Source: a virus (taxonomy: Duplodnaviria; Caudoviricetes). From it: a DNA stretch of 64,000 nt. Numbering within the stretch: position 1 is the first letter of the stretch; the number at the start of each line of letters is the position of its first letter. The notes under the pieces are model-generated. The model was given only the letters and a program-made list of their open reading frames with translations. It searched no databases and had not been told where the DNA came from. This document shows, piece after piece, positions 40,986-51,141 of the stretch. The stretch lies in the IMG/VR virus record IMGVR_UViG_3300033075_001751, positions 32,001 through 96,000 of that record. The stretch is one strand, 5' to 3'. Made by a program: the position numbers and the translations under genes.

Positions 40986-41939
40986 TTATAGAGAAACAAC
41001 TTCAAGAGCTGCGTTCACATCGATGTGCGAATCTACTGCAACAGTGTCAGTAGTCACAATACCAAGCATGTAAAATCCCGAAGCCGGAATTGCAAAATCT
41101 GCAGATGTCTTTGCAGTCATGCTGTCTGCACCAGGAGCACTGTGCAATACAGTAGATCCCGATACCACTGTTCCCAAACTATAAACGTTCAACCCTGTTC
41201 CTCCGGAAGAAGCTGGTCTCGTAACCGGATACAATCCAAAAGTAAAGTCACCAGTGGGTGCGACATCATTTACAGAAAGAATGGTTTTGACACGCATTGT
41301 TCGGGTCACTCCAGCAATTGCAGGATATTCTGTTGCAGTGATATACATCAGAGCAACCGGTGTAGCAACGCCAGTACCTGACTTTACTAAAGCATCTCCT
41401 TTTCCAATCATGTAGGTTCCTGCTGTTTCACCGGCAGTGATTGATCCAGAACCTTCTCCTATTGGAAAAAACGTTTTACCTGTATTGACAAGAACCGAAC
41501 CTCCAACAGCAATGAATGTTGCAGTAGTGGTACCTACTACAAAAGGATTTGTGAAGTCCAAGGAAAACAGGGAATTTCCGTTCACTGTTCCGTCAGCTAC
41601 AGTGAACAATCGTCCTTCCACGAACTCGGAAGCTTCATCCAAGTCTTCATCGCGTACCCATGCTCCAGTCTTTACGACATAAAGACCATTGTTTGCACCG
41701 GTAGATTGATCTTTGACCAAGACAAGATCTCCTGCTACCACAGCAATACCGTCAATAGTTTGAGTTCCTGCAAGTGTAATGTTCCGGGTTGTAGCTACCC
41801 TTGCATGAAGAGCGGGAGCAAGCTTGTTCAGCTCGTCCACAATCAAATTCAAGTGGGCGAACTGTGCCATTTTCAGATCCCCGCTGTGTTTAAGCAGCGC
41901 GGGATCTGGTACGGATTGGGGTGCTTTGAAGTATTTCAT
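40986..41939 (-). CDS. Head/tail fibre-like decoration protein
   Basis: RVATTRNITLAGTQTIDGIAVVAGDLVLVKDQSTGANNGLYVV..GAWVR is a widespread fibre N-terminal domain; lies directly after the MCP. Confidence 0.65.
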   Translation of the reverse strand: MKYFKAPQSVPDPALLKHSGDLKMAQFAHLNLIVDELNKLAPALHARVATTRNITLAGTQTIDGIAVVAGDLVLVKDQSTGANNGLYVVKTGAWVRDEDLDEASEFVEGRLFTVADGTVNGNSLFSLDFTNPFVVGTTTATFIAVGGSVLVNTGKTFFPIGEGSGSITAGETAGTYMIGKGDALVKSGTGVATPVALMYITATEYPAIAGVTRTMRVKTILSVNDVAPTGDFTFGLYPVTRPASSGGTGLNVYSLGTVVSGSTVLHSAPGADSMTAKTSADFAIPASGFYMLGIVTTDTVAVDSHIDVNAALEVVSL

Positions 41940-43579
41940 TACAAGTGTCCCCCGGTTACAGGATTCTTCATAACGATTTTCAAGACTTTCGTCGGGTCTT
42001 TCACCCAGATTGCCTGATGCGCTTGACGCATGTAAACTTTGTAACCGGAGAAGAGTCCGTTGGATTGGAAAGCACTTGGACGACCAAGGTAGTCACAGGT
42101 ACCGTTCTGATAGAACCAGCGCAAGTTGTGCTGTTCTGCACGCTTCAAGAGGAAGATGTTGTCGTTGGTGTTGTCAGTCACATCAAAGATGATGAACGAG
42201 TAGCTGGACAACGGGAAACCATCCACCAAAGGATTCTCAATCGAGTTGGTGTTGTAGTTGTCAAACGCAGGGTTGTATTCGAACACCAGATTTGCAACAC
42301 CGGGAATTGCGTAGCGGGTGAAAGTAGGAGTGATCCAACCCAACTCCAAACCTTGACCGGTAATAGAACCGATTTCCTTGGCGTTGATGACAAGACCAGA
42401 ACCCAAACCTTCTGCAGCAATTGCCTTGGAAACCATTTGAAGTCCACCACGTCCTGTTTGGATGTGAATCAGACGATTGGATTCCGGATAACGCATGTCT
42501 TCTTTGCCGGCAAAGAAGTTATAGATTTCCGTGCGGAAAAGATCCAACGAGAAAGCCGGTTTGATGTAGATCAACATCGAACTATTGTTCAACTGCGTCC
42601 ACAAACCGGTCGTCATACGCGATTCATCGATACCGTCATCGGTGATCTTGCCGCCCAATCCCCACATGAGATAGGTCTCAAGGTCAACGCCGATTTTGGT
42701 GATACAGGCAGCTTCCAGTTTCGTGAGGAAAGACGCAGAAAGCTTACCGTCAGCAATAGCTTTTTTCGTTCCGTCTTTTCCAAGAGCACCGGTCAATTGG
42801 TTCAGATTGACGATAGAAGGATCAAGCTTTTTGTAATCTGCGTATTGCCAGATTTCCATAATCGGAACTGTACCGCGACCAGTGAATCCGTAGGTACCGC
42901 GAATCAATTGGTCTGCACGCTCGGTGACGTGTTCCGAAACGTGAGCATCCGTGTTGCCGACATAGTTCATGAATTCACGGAAACCACTGCGGGTAACCAC
43001 GTCATCATACTTTTGGGAGAATTCTCCTTTGGCAGATGTTTTGCGGAAATACTTGGTATTGGGTTCCAAGAAGGCATTGTCCAGGAAACGGGTGCTGTCA
43101 TTGTTGACAAGGCGGCAGGTGTAGATCACACCGTCACCAGTGGGTTGAATGTCATCCCCGGTAATGTAAAGTTCCGCACCGGAATACTTGTCATACGAAA
43201 TGATGGCACCATGACCGAAATCACGACGGGACATCTTGATCCTGAAAGTCTGACCGTCGATACCTTTTGTGGTGTTCGAAGGTTCCATGTCTTCCACGAT
43301 AAACGGAAGATCGTTGACAATCGGCATTTGCCATTTGTATTCCCCATTGGGGTTGTCAACGGTAATCACGTTTTTGCCACCAAAATTTGCCATGGAATAA
43401 AGAGGCATTTCAACTTTTTGTTGAGCTGCCCAAATATCCACAGGACCCAAATCAGTCGGCTTGGGGTTACCAAGCTGTGTGCTGAGGTGAGCATACGTGA
43501 TTTGGTTTGAATTGATTGCGTACTCAGTGTCACGCATGAACAAACCATTATTCAGAACTGGTGTTCCTGTCGCTGCCAT
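41939..43579 (-). CDS. Major capsid protein (crAss-like, HK97 fold)
   Basis: 546 aa; gene order terL-portal-scaffold-MCP; strong codon bias; YLMWGLGG...GLWTQL, IQTGRGG and AIWVKDPTKVLKIVMKNPVTGG. Confidence 0.88.
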   Translation of the reverse strand: MAATGTPVLNNGLFMRDTEYAINSNQITYAHLSTQLGNPKPTDLGPVDIWAAQQKVEMPLYSMANFGGKNVITVDNPNGEYKWQMPIVNDLPFIVEDMEPSNTTKGIDGQTFRIKMSRRDFGHGAIISYDKYSGAELYITGDDIQPTGDGVIYTCRLVNNDSTRFLDNAFLEPNTKYFRKTSAKGEFSQKYDDVVTRSGFREFMNYVGNTDAHVSEHVTERADQLIRGTYGFTGRGTVPIMEIWQYADYKKLDPSIVNLNQLTGALGKDGTKKAIADGKLSASFLTKLEAACITKIGVDLETYLMWGLGGKITDDGIDESRMTTGLWTQLNNSSMLIYIKPAFSLDLFRTEIYNFFAGKEDMRYPESNRLIHIQTGRGGLQMVSKAIAAEGLGSGLVINAKEIGSITGQGLELGWITPTFTRYAIPGVANLVFEYNPAFDNYNTNSIENPLVDGFPLSSYSFIIFDVTDNTNDNIFLLKRAEQHNLRWFYQNGTCDYLGRPSAFQSNGLFSGYKVYMRQAHQAIWVKDPTKVLKIVMKNPVTGGHL

Positions 43580-43584
43580 TCTAG

Positions 43585-44748
43585 TTATCGATTACTATTG
43601 ATACTTTCAAATAAATTTCGCTGTACAGGGAGTTTCCTTGCACGGCTAGTACCCGTTTCTTCGGGTGATTTTTCGCTGTCGGAGGCAGTTTTTTCAGCTT
43701 CAGCTTGCTTCAATAACTTCCTGTTTTTCTCGGCTTCTGTGTTTGCTCCTGTCTGACGCACTTTTGCACGATATTCGTCTGGATTGCTCAGAAGATAAAG
43801 TGCTTCCATTACGAGAGGAAGATTAGGTTCGGTGCTTGTGTATTTCTCAAGCAACTTACCCATGAGGTTGGTTGGTTTGCCATTTGCTGCCTGATGGTTC
43901 ATTGAAACCAATCCTTCCACAAGGGAAGTTTTCATTTTGGGTTCAAGTTTGATACCGCTCAGTTCTCCTTTTTCAACAACCGCTTTGACAGCTGCTGTGA
44001 ATTTTGCGCGGTTCTCCGCCACTTTGCGGCTATATTCTTGCTGCTCTTTCAAATGGGCATCAGCCTCATCTTTCAGAATCTTATCCAACAATGGCTTGAC
44101 GATTTTTGCTTTTGCTTCCATCGATCCTTTGCGATCTTTGAGAGCAGCAACTTCAGATTCGATCAGTTCATCCGGTTCGTCTTTGAGAATCATGTAATTA
44201 CGAATGATCATTTCGTGATGATCCGGATTCGTAACGTCCAATTCGCGTTGTTCGCGTATCTGACCGAGCATTGCCAAAGTACCGGTAATGTCAGTACCTC
44301 CGTTTTTGACATAATCCCGAAGATATTCCATTTCTTCCGGCATGTCAGCAAATGCTTCATCGCGACCTTGGTTGCGTGCATCTTCCAGGTTTGCAAGAAT
44401 CAAGTCTTCAGTTTCTTTCTCGTCGTACTCTTCCGGTTTTTTACCGTCATCAAATGCAAAAAGAGCACCTCCTGCAATCAATTTAGATACAACGGTGAGA
44501 GGAGAAGATAAAGGAGTTGTTTTTGACTCGACTGTTTCTGTAACAACTTTTTCGAACAAAGAATCATCTTCTTTCTCTTCTTCTTTTTTATCCTCTTTAT
44601 CTTCGTCGAGGAAAGAAGTTTCAAGCTTTCTTGTAAAAGGAGTAACCGGAGGTTCCACTTTAGGTGTACCGGTAATACCTCCGAAGATCTCTGACATCAG
44701 AGATTCGTCGACTTCCTCCTTTACTATCGTTGTTTCTTGTACTGACAT
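43585..44748 (-). CDS. Putative scaffolding protein
   Basis: Acidic N-terminus and helical/coiled-coil body, between portal and MCP. Confidence 0.65.
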   Translation of the reverse strand: MSVQETTIVKEEVDESLMSEIFGGITGTPKVEPPVTPFTRKLETSFLDEDKEDKKEEEKEDDSLFEKVVTETVESKTTPLSSPLTVVSKLIAGGALFAFDDGKKPEEYDEKETEDLILANLEDARNQGRDEAFADMPEEMEYLRDYVKNGGTDITGTLAMLGQIREQRELDVTNPDHHEMIIRNYMILKDEPDELIESEVAALKDRKGSMEAKAKIVKPLLDKILKDEADAHLKEQQEYSRKVAENRAKFTAAVKAVVEKGELSGIKLEPKMKTSLVEGLVSMNHQAANGKPTNLMGKLLEKYTSTEPNLPLVMEALYLLSNPDEYRAKVRQTGANTEAEKNRKLLKQAEAEKTASDSEKSPEETGTSRARKLPVQRNLFESINSNR

Positions 44749-44772
44749 AACCTATTTCGTATTTGAGTGATT

Positions 44773-44780
44773 CGAAGATA
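44773..44780 (-). promoter_or_regulatory. Possible Bacteroidota-type -7 promoter element (TATCTTCG) for scaffold/MCP
   Basis: One mismatch to TAnnTTTG, inside the 90-bp gap upstream of the scaffold gene. Confidence 0.35.
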
Positions 44781-44838
44781 AGAAGTGTTCTTATGTAACT
44801 ATGAATACCTCTTATCTTTTATCTGATTACATAGCAAA

Positions 44839-47598
44839 CTATTTTTTCTTGGATGCCGGCTTTGGTTTTACATCAAATTTGTTTTTGTTCTGAACAGCTA
44901 TCTGCAATTGTTTATCGGCAATTCGCTCTTTGGAAGTCATTTCCTTTTCCTTGAGTGCAAGTTTGCGATTTTCAATAGACATCTTGTTCTGATCCCGGGA
45001 TTGCTCCAGGTTCATCTTCTGTTGATATTGACCTTCTTGTTGGATCCTTGCCATCGAGTCTTCGAAGTCACTACGCTTGTTTTGATCCAAGTCAACCAAT
45101 GCACCCATACCGGCAGACTTGATTTCAGCTGCAAGGATTGCAGTTTCGTTATCATCATCGTTGATCATTTTCTTGAACTCCCTTTCTGCATCCATCTCGG
45201 CTTTTTCTGCATCGAGTCTCATCTGTTCCAACTCTTTTTGATGAGCATATTCATCTTGCTTGAGTTTCATCTGCTTGTTTTCCATTTGCTTGAGCACATG
45301 TTGCATCTCAGGCAAGGAATCTGCAGTCATTACTTTTCCGATATCAAAGAGTGACGCGCCGACAGTATTATTTTCTATTGCAAGGTTTTGAAGTTTTTCG
45401 ACCAATGCGCGACTATTGGTATTGGTGACGCACACTACACCAAGATCGCGCAAAAGGAGTTCAGATCCTTGTACTTCAAACATTGCACGTTCAGCACGAT
45501 TGGTTACGTACTGCAGTTTGATCGAGGGTTTGGTAGAATTGTAATGTTGGGCAATATCAGTACGCATTGCATGGACCCGGGGCATCAAATGGTCGCAGTG
45601 GTTCATGAAGTATTTTTCCGTCTGTGCATGAGAATTGGACACAGCGAACCGGGTACCCGTTGCCGATTGACCCTCCACAATTTCTCCCATTCTTTCGGGA
45701 GTAATTCCGATGACTTCAAATGCTCCTGCTTTTGCAAATTTTGCAATTTCGATGCGAGAAAAGAGTCTGTTTGTTTGAGACAGATCCATGACTTGCGCAC
45801 CTGAAAATTGGGAAGGTCCGTTTTCCATGTTGGAAAGAGACTGGTCCACAGGAGCAATCTGAAAATTCTTCATTGCAACATAGAATTTGGCGTAGTTGTT
45901 TTTACCCCAATCTTCTCCCATGCTGTGCTGCGGAATCATGTTGTGATCTAACAGTAACACTTGTCCCAGTTCGTCCACCAACATATCAGATACTTGGTTC
46001 AAGCACAAGTTGTGCATGACCTGATACGGTTTCATCAAATCCACCAGGCATACTGACTTGGTGTTGCGATCGGAAAATACCGCACCTTCTACCGGCAGTT
46101 TACATCCATAAGGATTTGAGTCACCCTTGAACTGAAACTTTAGCGGTCCGATTTCATTTTGGTTGATTCCGAGATAAATCGGAGCAACCTTGGATTCATC
46201 GCCGGTACCCCAAAAAATGGGTCTGTGAGGTCCAATCTTTACTGCACCCCATACCTGATTCACCCAAATCCAATCAATGTGTTCACCGTAGACCAAATTG
46301 TCTGATTTCTTTTCTTTCAAAAGAGAAGTATCATACAAAGGTTTACAAGTGATTACGTAGGATTCATCGACAATGGTTTTGAATGTTTCCCCGTTGTCAT
46401 CGACTTTGGTCAAGTAACCAATCTTGCGTTGAGACTTCCAGTAGACAGTAGTAACCCGTAAACGACCCCACCGGTTGTTTCCATATCCGTCTTCAGAGTC
46501 AAGAAACATGTCTTCCACTACGTCAGTACGACCGATCGGGCTGTCGTAAAAAGAGTTGAACTGACGCATACCCAAACTTTGGCTGCGGTTCCATTCGTGA
46601 CTTTCTCCTTTGTCCCAAAAATTTCCGTCATTCATCAATCCGCCCATCGGGTAGATCGCTCCTTTGACCGGATAGATATTTTCGAGCACTTCCATTTGCT
46701 CTTGTGTCATTCTCCATCCGTAAGTATCGATCACATCCGCGACACTCATCATGTCAAATTTGCCGACCATGTTACCTTCGGAGATGTAACGCTTACCAGG
46801 TGACTTCTGGTAAAAAGTATAAAGAGGATTCCAGAGTTCGATTTCGTAATCGTCCTCTCCCATTTTAAAGTGCCAGAATTCACGGTCCGTGATCAAATAA
46901 TCCCGGAAAGCCATTTCTTCCATTTCATCCAAGCGAAACCGTTCGGTATCCATGGTAAGCTGATGTTCCGCCCAAGTCTCGGCAATGTCACGGTATCCTT
47001 GTTCAGAGGTAAAGAAGTCTTGTATTTCCGGGAGCTGCTTGATTTCTTCCGGGTCCATTGCTTGCTGAAACTCTTCAGAATTTTCATCCAGTCCTTGTCC
47101 GATGAGTCTTTGGGCATAGTCCTGTTGAGCGACAGACAAAAGCATTTCACCGATCATGTCGGTTTTTGCTTGCATCATGTCGTTGTATCCCCTTTCGTCA
47201 GTAGTCCGGAAGGTAACCCGGGTACTGCGTTTGGCAAATTCCGACACCATGGTATTGATGACTGGAGGAATGATCGGAAAGAATTTCAAATCAAACACAT
47301 TGGGATCGTCGGTATTCATCAAACCAATCAAGTCTCCCATTTCAGGATCATCGTCTTGAGGAAGATAGTCGTCCTTATCGATGATACCTTCTGCAAGTTT
47401 GTAATTTTTGGTAAGCCGGCGAGCATTACGAGTTACAAGCTCAAGACCCAAACGCTCATACCAGTCAACATTGGAAGTCTTCCACCATTGATCTTTTTCC
47501 TTCATTGGAAGGAATTGACGCGGTTGGGTAAGCGTTCCTAACCTGGGAGAACCAGGTTTCTTTCCATTTGCAAGTTGCTTTGAGCTGTATACTTCCAT
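44839..47598 (-). CDS. Portal protein
   Basis: 919 aa immediately after terL; LKFFPIIPPVINTMVSEFAKR, SVCLVDLMKPYQ, IGITPERMG; C-terminal coiled coil. Confidence 0.88.
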   Translation of the reverse strand: MEVYSSKQLANGKKPGSPRLGTLTQPRQFLPMKEKDQWWKTSNVDWYERLGLELVTRNARRLTKNYKLAEGIIDKDDYLPQDDDPEMGDLIGLMNTDDPNVFDLKFFPIIPPVINTMVSEFAKRSTRVTFRTTDERGYNDMMQAKTDMIGEMLLSVAQQDYAQRLIGQGLDENSEEFQQAMDPEEIKQLPEIQDFFTSEQGYRDIAETWAEHQLTMDTERFRLDEMEEMAFRDYLITDREFWHFKMGEDDYEIELWNPLYTFYQKSPGKRYISEGNMVGKFDMMSVADVIDTYGWRMTQEQMEVLENIYPVKGAIYPMGGLMNDGNFWDKGESHEWNRSQSLGMRQFNSFYDSPIGRTDVVEDMFLDSEDGYGNNRWGRLRVTTVYWKSQRKIGYLTKVDDNGETFKTIVDESYVITCKPLYDTSLLKEKKSDNLVYGEHIDWIWVNQVWGAVKIGPHRPIFWGTGDESKVAPIYLGINQNEIGPLKFQFKGDSNPYGCKLPVEGAVFSDRNTKSVCLVDLMKPYQVMHNLCLNQVSDMLVDELGQVLLLDHNMIPQHSMGEDWGKNNYAKFYVAMKNFQIAPVDQSLSNMENGPSQFSGAQVMDLSQTNRLFSRIEIAKFAKAGAFEVIGITPERMGEIVEGQSATGTRFAVSNSHAQTEKYFMNHCDHLMPRVHAMRTDIAQHYNSTKPSIKLQYVTNRAERAMFEVQGSELLLRDLGVVCVTNTNSRALVEKLQNLAIENNTVGASLFDIGKVMTADSLPEMQHVLKQMENKQMKLKQDEYAHQKELEQMRLDAEKAEMDAEREFKKMINDDDNETAILAAEIKSAGMGALVDLDQNKRSDFEDSMARIQQEGQYQQKMNLEQSRDQNKMSIENRKLALKEKEMTSKERIADKQLQIAVQNKNKFDVKPKPASKKK

Positions 47599-49784
47599 TA
47601 CCTCATGTGCTTGAAAGGGTTGCGGGTACCCTTGGTGCTTCTATTGTTTCCGCCCATGTGACGGAAAGGACTTGTTTGCAATTTAGCAAATTTTGACATG
47701 TCAACCTCTTTCTCTTTTGTTTTGTCAACCACTACCCTGCCACGGTGAGCTTCTTGTAGTGCGATCAATACCCTGAGAGCTGTGTACGAAACAAGGCGGT
47801 CTACGTTTATACCAGCACGGTATTGTTCCATTTCTGTAATGAGCATGATGTCTTTGATTTCTTCAATGCCCAATACGGTCTTGACAACTTTTGATCCGTC
47901 GCTAGTAAACTCTTGATTGGTGATTGTCCGGATATGATCCTTTAAATACTGCAACATGTTATCCCGGAAAATAGAACCGGTGTTTCTCCATCCGTAACCG
48001 GAGGTATCCATGTTTCCCCGAATATCAGCTTTGAAAATCATCTGGTTTGTCGGGACCAAATATTTTTGAAGATTCTTTCCGATCATGTGAGTAATGAAAC
48101 CTGATACGTTATTTTCTACAACAGTCCATGCTCCATACATTTCAATGATCCACTGAAGATAATTGTGAGTGTCATCCGGGTTGTCAAAACGACCGCACCA
48201 TGCTGCAACCATACCGGGTTCTTCAGATGTGACTTCCAGTTTTCCTTCACCGTTTAGCCGGCGAGTTTCGAATGCAGTTTTATGAACATAAATGGAACAA
48301 AGTGATTCCGATGTACGGGTTTTGCCTTTTTCTACCGGGTCAACACTTGCATAGTACGCACCGAAAGGAGGATTCTTTACAGGTCGCTCCCATACAACCA
48401 CACAGCCGCGCTTATCTACTGTTTTAGGCGAGATGGGAAAATCCGAGATAGGGTTACGAGTAGATTTGATATATCGCGGCTTACCATCAGTTTCATCAAT
48501 TTCAATGTCACAGTATTCTTTTGGATACTCTTTTTCTTCGATTCGCCGACGCTGTGCTGAAAGAAGATGTTTCGGAAATTCGGATTCTCCCCTAAAATCA
48601 AAAGCTTCTTTGATGTTGCGAGGTCTTTGCGAAATTTCGAATTGGTAATCATTAGGATCCAGAGTACGACGGAATTCATCATATAACTCTTCAAGTGCAG
48701 CCAATGCTTCTTTGACCAAGGAGTTTCCAAATTCATCAATGTAAGGTTCCATTGACCACTGTTCTGGAATGAACATTGCGGTTCTTCCGATGGTTCCTTT
48801 ATCATCAATAAGATTGGATTCGACTGAATAGAACCCATTATCGTCAGGGTTCATTACAAATTTCTTCAAGGGTTCACATTCTGTAAGTTCACCTACAGAA
48901 CCAGAAATAATGAAGATACCTGTTGTGAGCATTCCAAAGCGTAATGCCTGACGCATGTATCCGTAAGTTTTGTCAGCAGTTTTAGCAATACCTCCTTCTT
49001 CATAAAAGAAGATTTTACAAGGTCCACCTACACCGGTGTTTGGTTTACGTTCAAAAGTGAGAGCTATGAGTTTTCCCATATTACCCTTTTTGATCGTTTT
49101 ACCATCTATGGTTTCTTCATGTTTTTGCTGCCAGTTGCCCGTACCTCCAGGATTCATTTCCCGGTACCATGCTGTATGGGTGTTACGGAAGTTTCTACCG
49201 GCTTCAAGATATTCCCAAGTTCCTTGCTCGTCAACGTATCTTTTATCAGAAGCTCCCATTTTTAAAGTTGGACCCTTTTCAAACCAGAGTTGGTTTAAGA
49301 GCTTTGCTGCATGGAAATAGCTCATTGCTATCTGTCGCTTTTTTAGAATCGCTGCGTGCATTCCGTGAAGTTCCGCAAGCAATTCGTAAATAGAGACGTA
49401 GTATTGGGTGTCATATACGTTTACCCTGGAGAAATCATTTTTTACTTTGTCGTAGAGAGGATTGAAGTTGATCCAATCGTAGTAGTCCCGAGGTAAGTAC
49501 CAGGTATCGTTGTCACCATGGAATATAGCACCTTCCCTACATTTTTCCTTTTCAAATTCCCAATATTTAATACTGTCGAGCGTTCCTTCAGGATGGATGC
49601 AATAGTATCCATCTCTTTCGAAATTTCTCATCTGCTCATTGAACAGAAAAGCTGTTTTGTCAAAATTGCAAGTTCCCGGCTCTTTAAAAAGAGGTTTGAC
49701 AAAGGCTATGAAATCTTCCTTTGTAGCAAACTCTGTGTATGACCAAGAGCCATTTTTCCAAGTCGGGACTTTTTTGTAACTCAT
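47598..49784 (-). CDS. terL: Terminase large subunit
   Basis: Walker A-like LKKRQIAMSY, Walker B FFYEEGG, coupling motif GSVG, RNase H-like YYASVDPV, VVENN and NVDRLV. Confidence 0.92.
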   Translation of the reverse strand: MSYKKVPTWKNGSWSYTEFATKEDFIAFVKPLFKEPGTCNFDKTAFLFNEQMRNFERDGYYCIHPEGTLDSIKYWEFEKEKCREGAIFHGDNDTWYLPRDYYDWINFNPLYDKVKNDFSRVNVYDTQYYVSIYELLAELHGMHAAILKKRQIAMSYFHAAKLLNQLWFEKGPTLKMGASDKRYVDEQGTWEYLEAGRNFRNTHTAWYREMNPGGTGNWQQKHEETIDGKTIKKGNMGKLIALTFERKPNTGVGGPCKIFFYEEGGIAKTADKTYGYMRQALRFGMLTTGIFIISGSVGELTECEPLKKFVMNPDDNGFYSVESNLIDDKGTIGRTAMFIPEQWSMEPYIDEFGNSLVKEALAALEELYDEFRRTLDPNDYQFEISQRPRNIKEAFDFRGESEFPKHLLSAQRRRIEEKEYPKEYCDIEIDETDGKPRYIKSTRNPISDFPISPKTVDKRGCVVVWERPVKNPPFGAYYASVDPVEKGKTRTSESLCSIYVHKTAFETRRLNGEGKLEVTSEEPGMVAAWCGRFDNPDDTHNYLQWIIEMYGAWTVVENNVSGFITHMIGKNLQKYLVPTNQMIFKADIRGNMDTSGYGWRNTGSIFRDNMLQYLKDHIRTITNQEFTSDGSKVVKTVLGIEEIKDIMLITEMEQYRAGINVDRLVSYTALRVLIALQEAHRGRVVVDKTKEKEVDMSKFAKLQTSPFRHMGGNNRSTKGTRNPFKHMR

Positions 49785-50299
49785 TGGTCGTATGCTTTCT
49801 TCCTGTCACCTCTGACTCGGGTACTACCTTGCTCGTCTTGAAGTTCCCGGTATGCCTGTTTGTATGCTGCTGCGTATTCTTTCTGACCTTTCATGTAAGT
49901 ATTGATGGCTGCAGCATTTCCGTCTCTACCTGTTGTAATTTCTGTATCCGCAAGAAAAGTGGAAATCTTGTCGTACATTTTCTTTGCTCCGAGATAAGCT
50001 CTTTTTGTAGGAGTATCAAAAAGTATAGTGCAAAACTCAAGTGCTTCTTGCATTCCCTCATCTTCCGGTGAAAAATCCGACCGCAGAGAAGCCAGGATTA
50101 GCTCTTCCTTATCATTTTCAGGAGTGTTAAGAAAAGGATTTTTCTTTTCATCCATACAGGTCATATATTGCAGGTACGCATAACGATCAGTAAAATTATC
50201 CGGATACAGCTCCATGATAATTTTCAAAGGATCGTTGACGTAACAGTGACTTGTAGGTTTTACTACACCTTCTTCTATCGCAAATAGTTCGATTGACAT
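49781..50299 (-). CDS. Conserved protein upstream of terL (terminase small subunit candidate)
   Basis: 172 aa, helical, ATGA-coupled to terL, ends VRGDRKKAYDQ. Confidence 0.5.
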   Translation of the reverse strand: MSIELFAIEEGVVKPTSHCYVNDPLKIIMELYPDNFTDRYAYLQYMTCMDEKKNPFLNTPENDKEELILASLRSDFSPEDEGMQEALEFCTILFDTPTKRAYLGAKKMYDKISTFLADTEITTGRDGNAAAINTYMKGQKEYAAAYKQAYRELQDEQGSTRVRGDRKKAYDQ

Positions 50300-50361
50300 A
50301 TCTCTTTTTATTAGAACAACAAAGGGTTTGATGCTATCTCCCCCGTTGACTGTTGACCGGA

Positions 50362-50757
50362 TTATTTTTTCAAATCTCCCATGACACCGCGACTGATCCT
50401 GTCGTCAATACGTTCCTTGCAACAATCAAGAAACCCTTGCAAGTGAGCAAGTGCACGTTCATTGTTGTCGGAAGGAAACCGTGCATTCATTTTGGCAAGC
50501 CTGTCCATGAGGGCGATCACCAATTGCTCGGATTGCAAACCAGGTGTAACCGTACCGTCGTCAGCTTTCTTTACAAACTGTACTTGCTGCCAAGAATTGT
50601 CGTACTGGGTTTCTCCATTGCTGAAACCGAGACAATTTTGAAACGTGTAAAGATGAGCTCCACCTTTTCCGTAAAGATCATCGTTGTCGCTTGCCCATAC
50701 TGTCGTATCGGGTGAGGGGTAGACCTTGCCTACCGGTTCTCCTGTAACTGCTTTCAT
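50362..50757 (-). CDS. tad1: Tad1-like anti-defence sponge protein (anti-Thoeris; family also binds CBASS cyclic nucleotides)
   Basis: GKGGAHLY...VQF...GLQSEQLVIALMDRLAKMNARFPSDNNERALAHLQ...KERIDDRISRGVMG aligns by eye with recalled cbTad1 (GPGGAYHEY...IKFQ...GVIDSDLLEIVRDRL...FSSRENACALTH...RRVEDRIERNVLG). Confidence 0.8.
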   Translation of the reverse strand: MKAVTGEPVGKVYPSPDTTVWASDNDDLYGKGGAHLYTFQNCLGFSNGETQYDNSWQQVQFVKKADDGTVTPGLQSEQLVIALMDRLAKMNARFPSDNNERALAHLQGFLDCCKERIDDRISRGVMGDLKK

Positions 50758-50775
50758 AGTATTACTCAGATTAAT

Positions 50776-51141
50776 TTACAGAAAATACAACGCTGTCATG
50801 TTGCATACAACGTGGAAGATATTGTCAATGATGATCAGCAGCCAAACAGATAACCATGAAGGGGTATCTTCTGGAAATCCTGCGTTTCGGATGTCGAATG
50901 TGCCATTTTTGGCAGCGATGAACCATGCGACAATGTTGGTCCGGTCAATCAGGAAGTGAGTCCCGAAAATTACCAATACCGCAGGAATGCTCCCAATGAA
51001 AAGGAATGGCAAGGAGTAGCTTGCGCAGTGGATAAGACAAGCTTTGAATCCATAGGACCCTTTGATTTTTTTGTTTGCTGACATCCAATGGTTTTGAAGG
51101 ATGTAGTCGCCAATGAAATGTAACAATACTTGCATAATCAT
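50776..51141 (-). CDS. DUF3307-like membrane protein
   Basis: LLHFIGDYILQNHWM...HC..Y...HFLID...DNIFH signature with hydrophobic helices. Confidence 0.75.
   Translation of the reverse strand: MIMQVLLHFIGDYILQNHWMSANKKIKGSYGFKACLIHCASYSLPFLFIGSIPAVLVIFGTHFLIDRTNIVAWFIAAKNGTFDIRNAGFPEDTPSWLSVWLLIIIDNIFHVVCNMTALYFL

Noticed and set aside
41945-43510. 521 aa plus-strand ORF antisense to the major capsid gene
   Set aside because: It mirrors the MCP frame and is explained by strong codon bias avoiding TTA/CTA/TCA; the translation has no protein-like features.
41939-49784. Introns or inteins in terL, portal or MCP
   Set aside because: The ORFs are continuous and of expected size, with no intein splice motifs or homing endonuclease seen.
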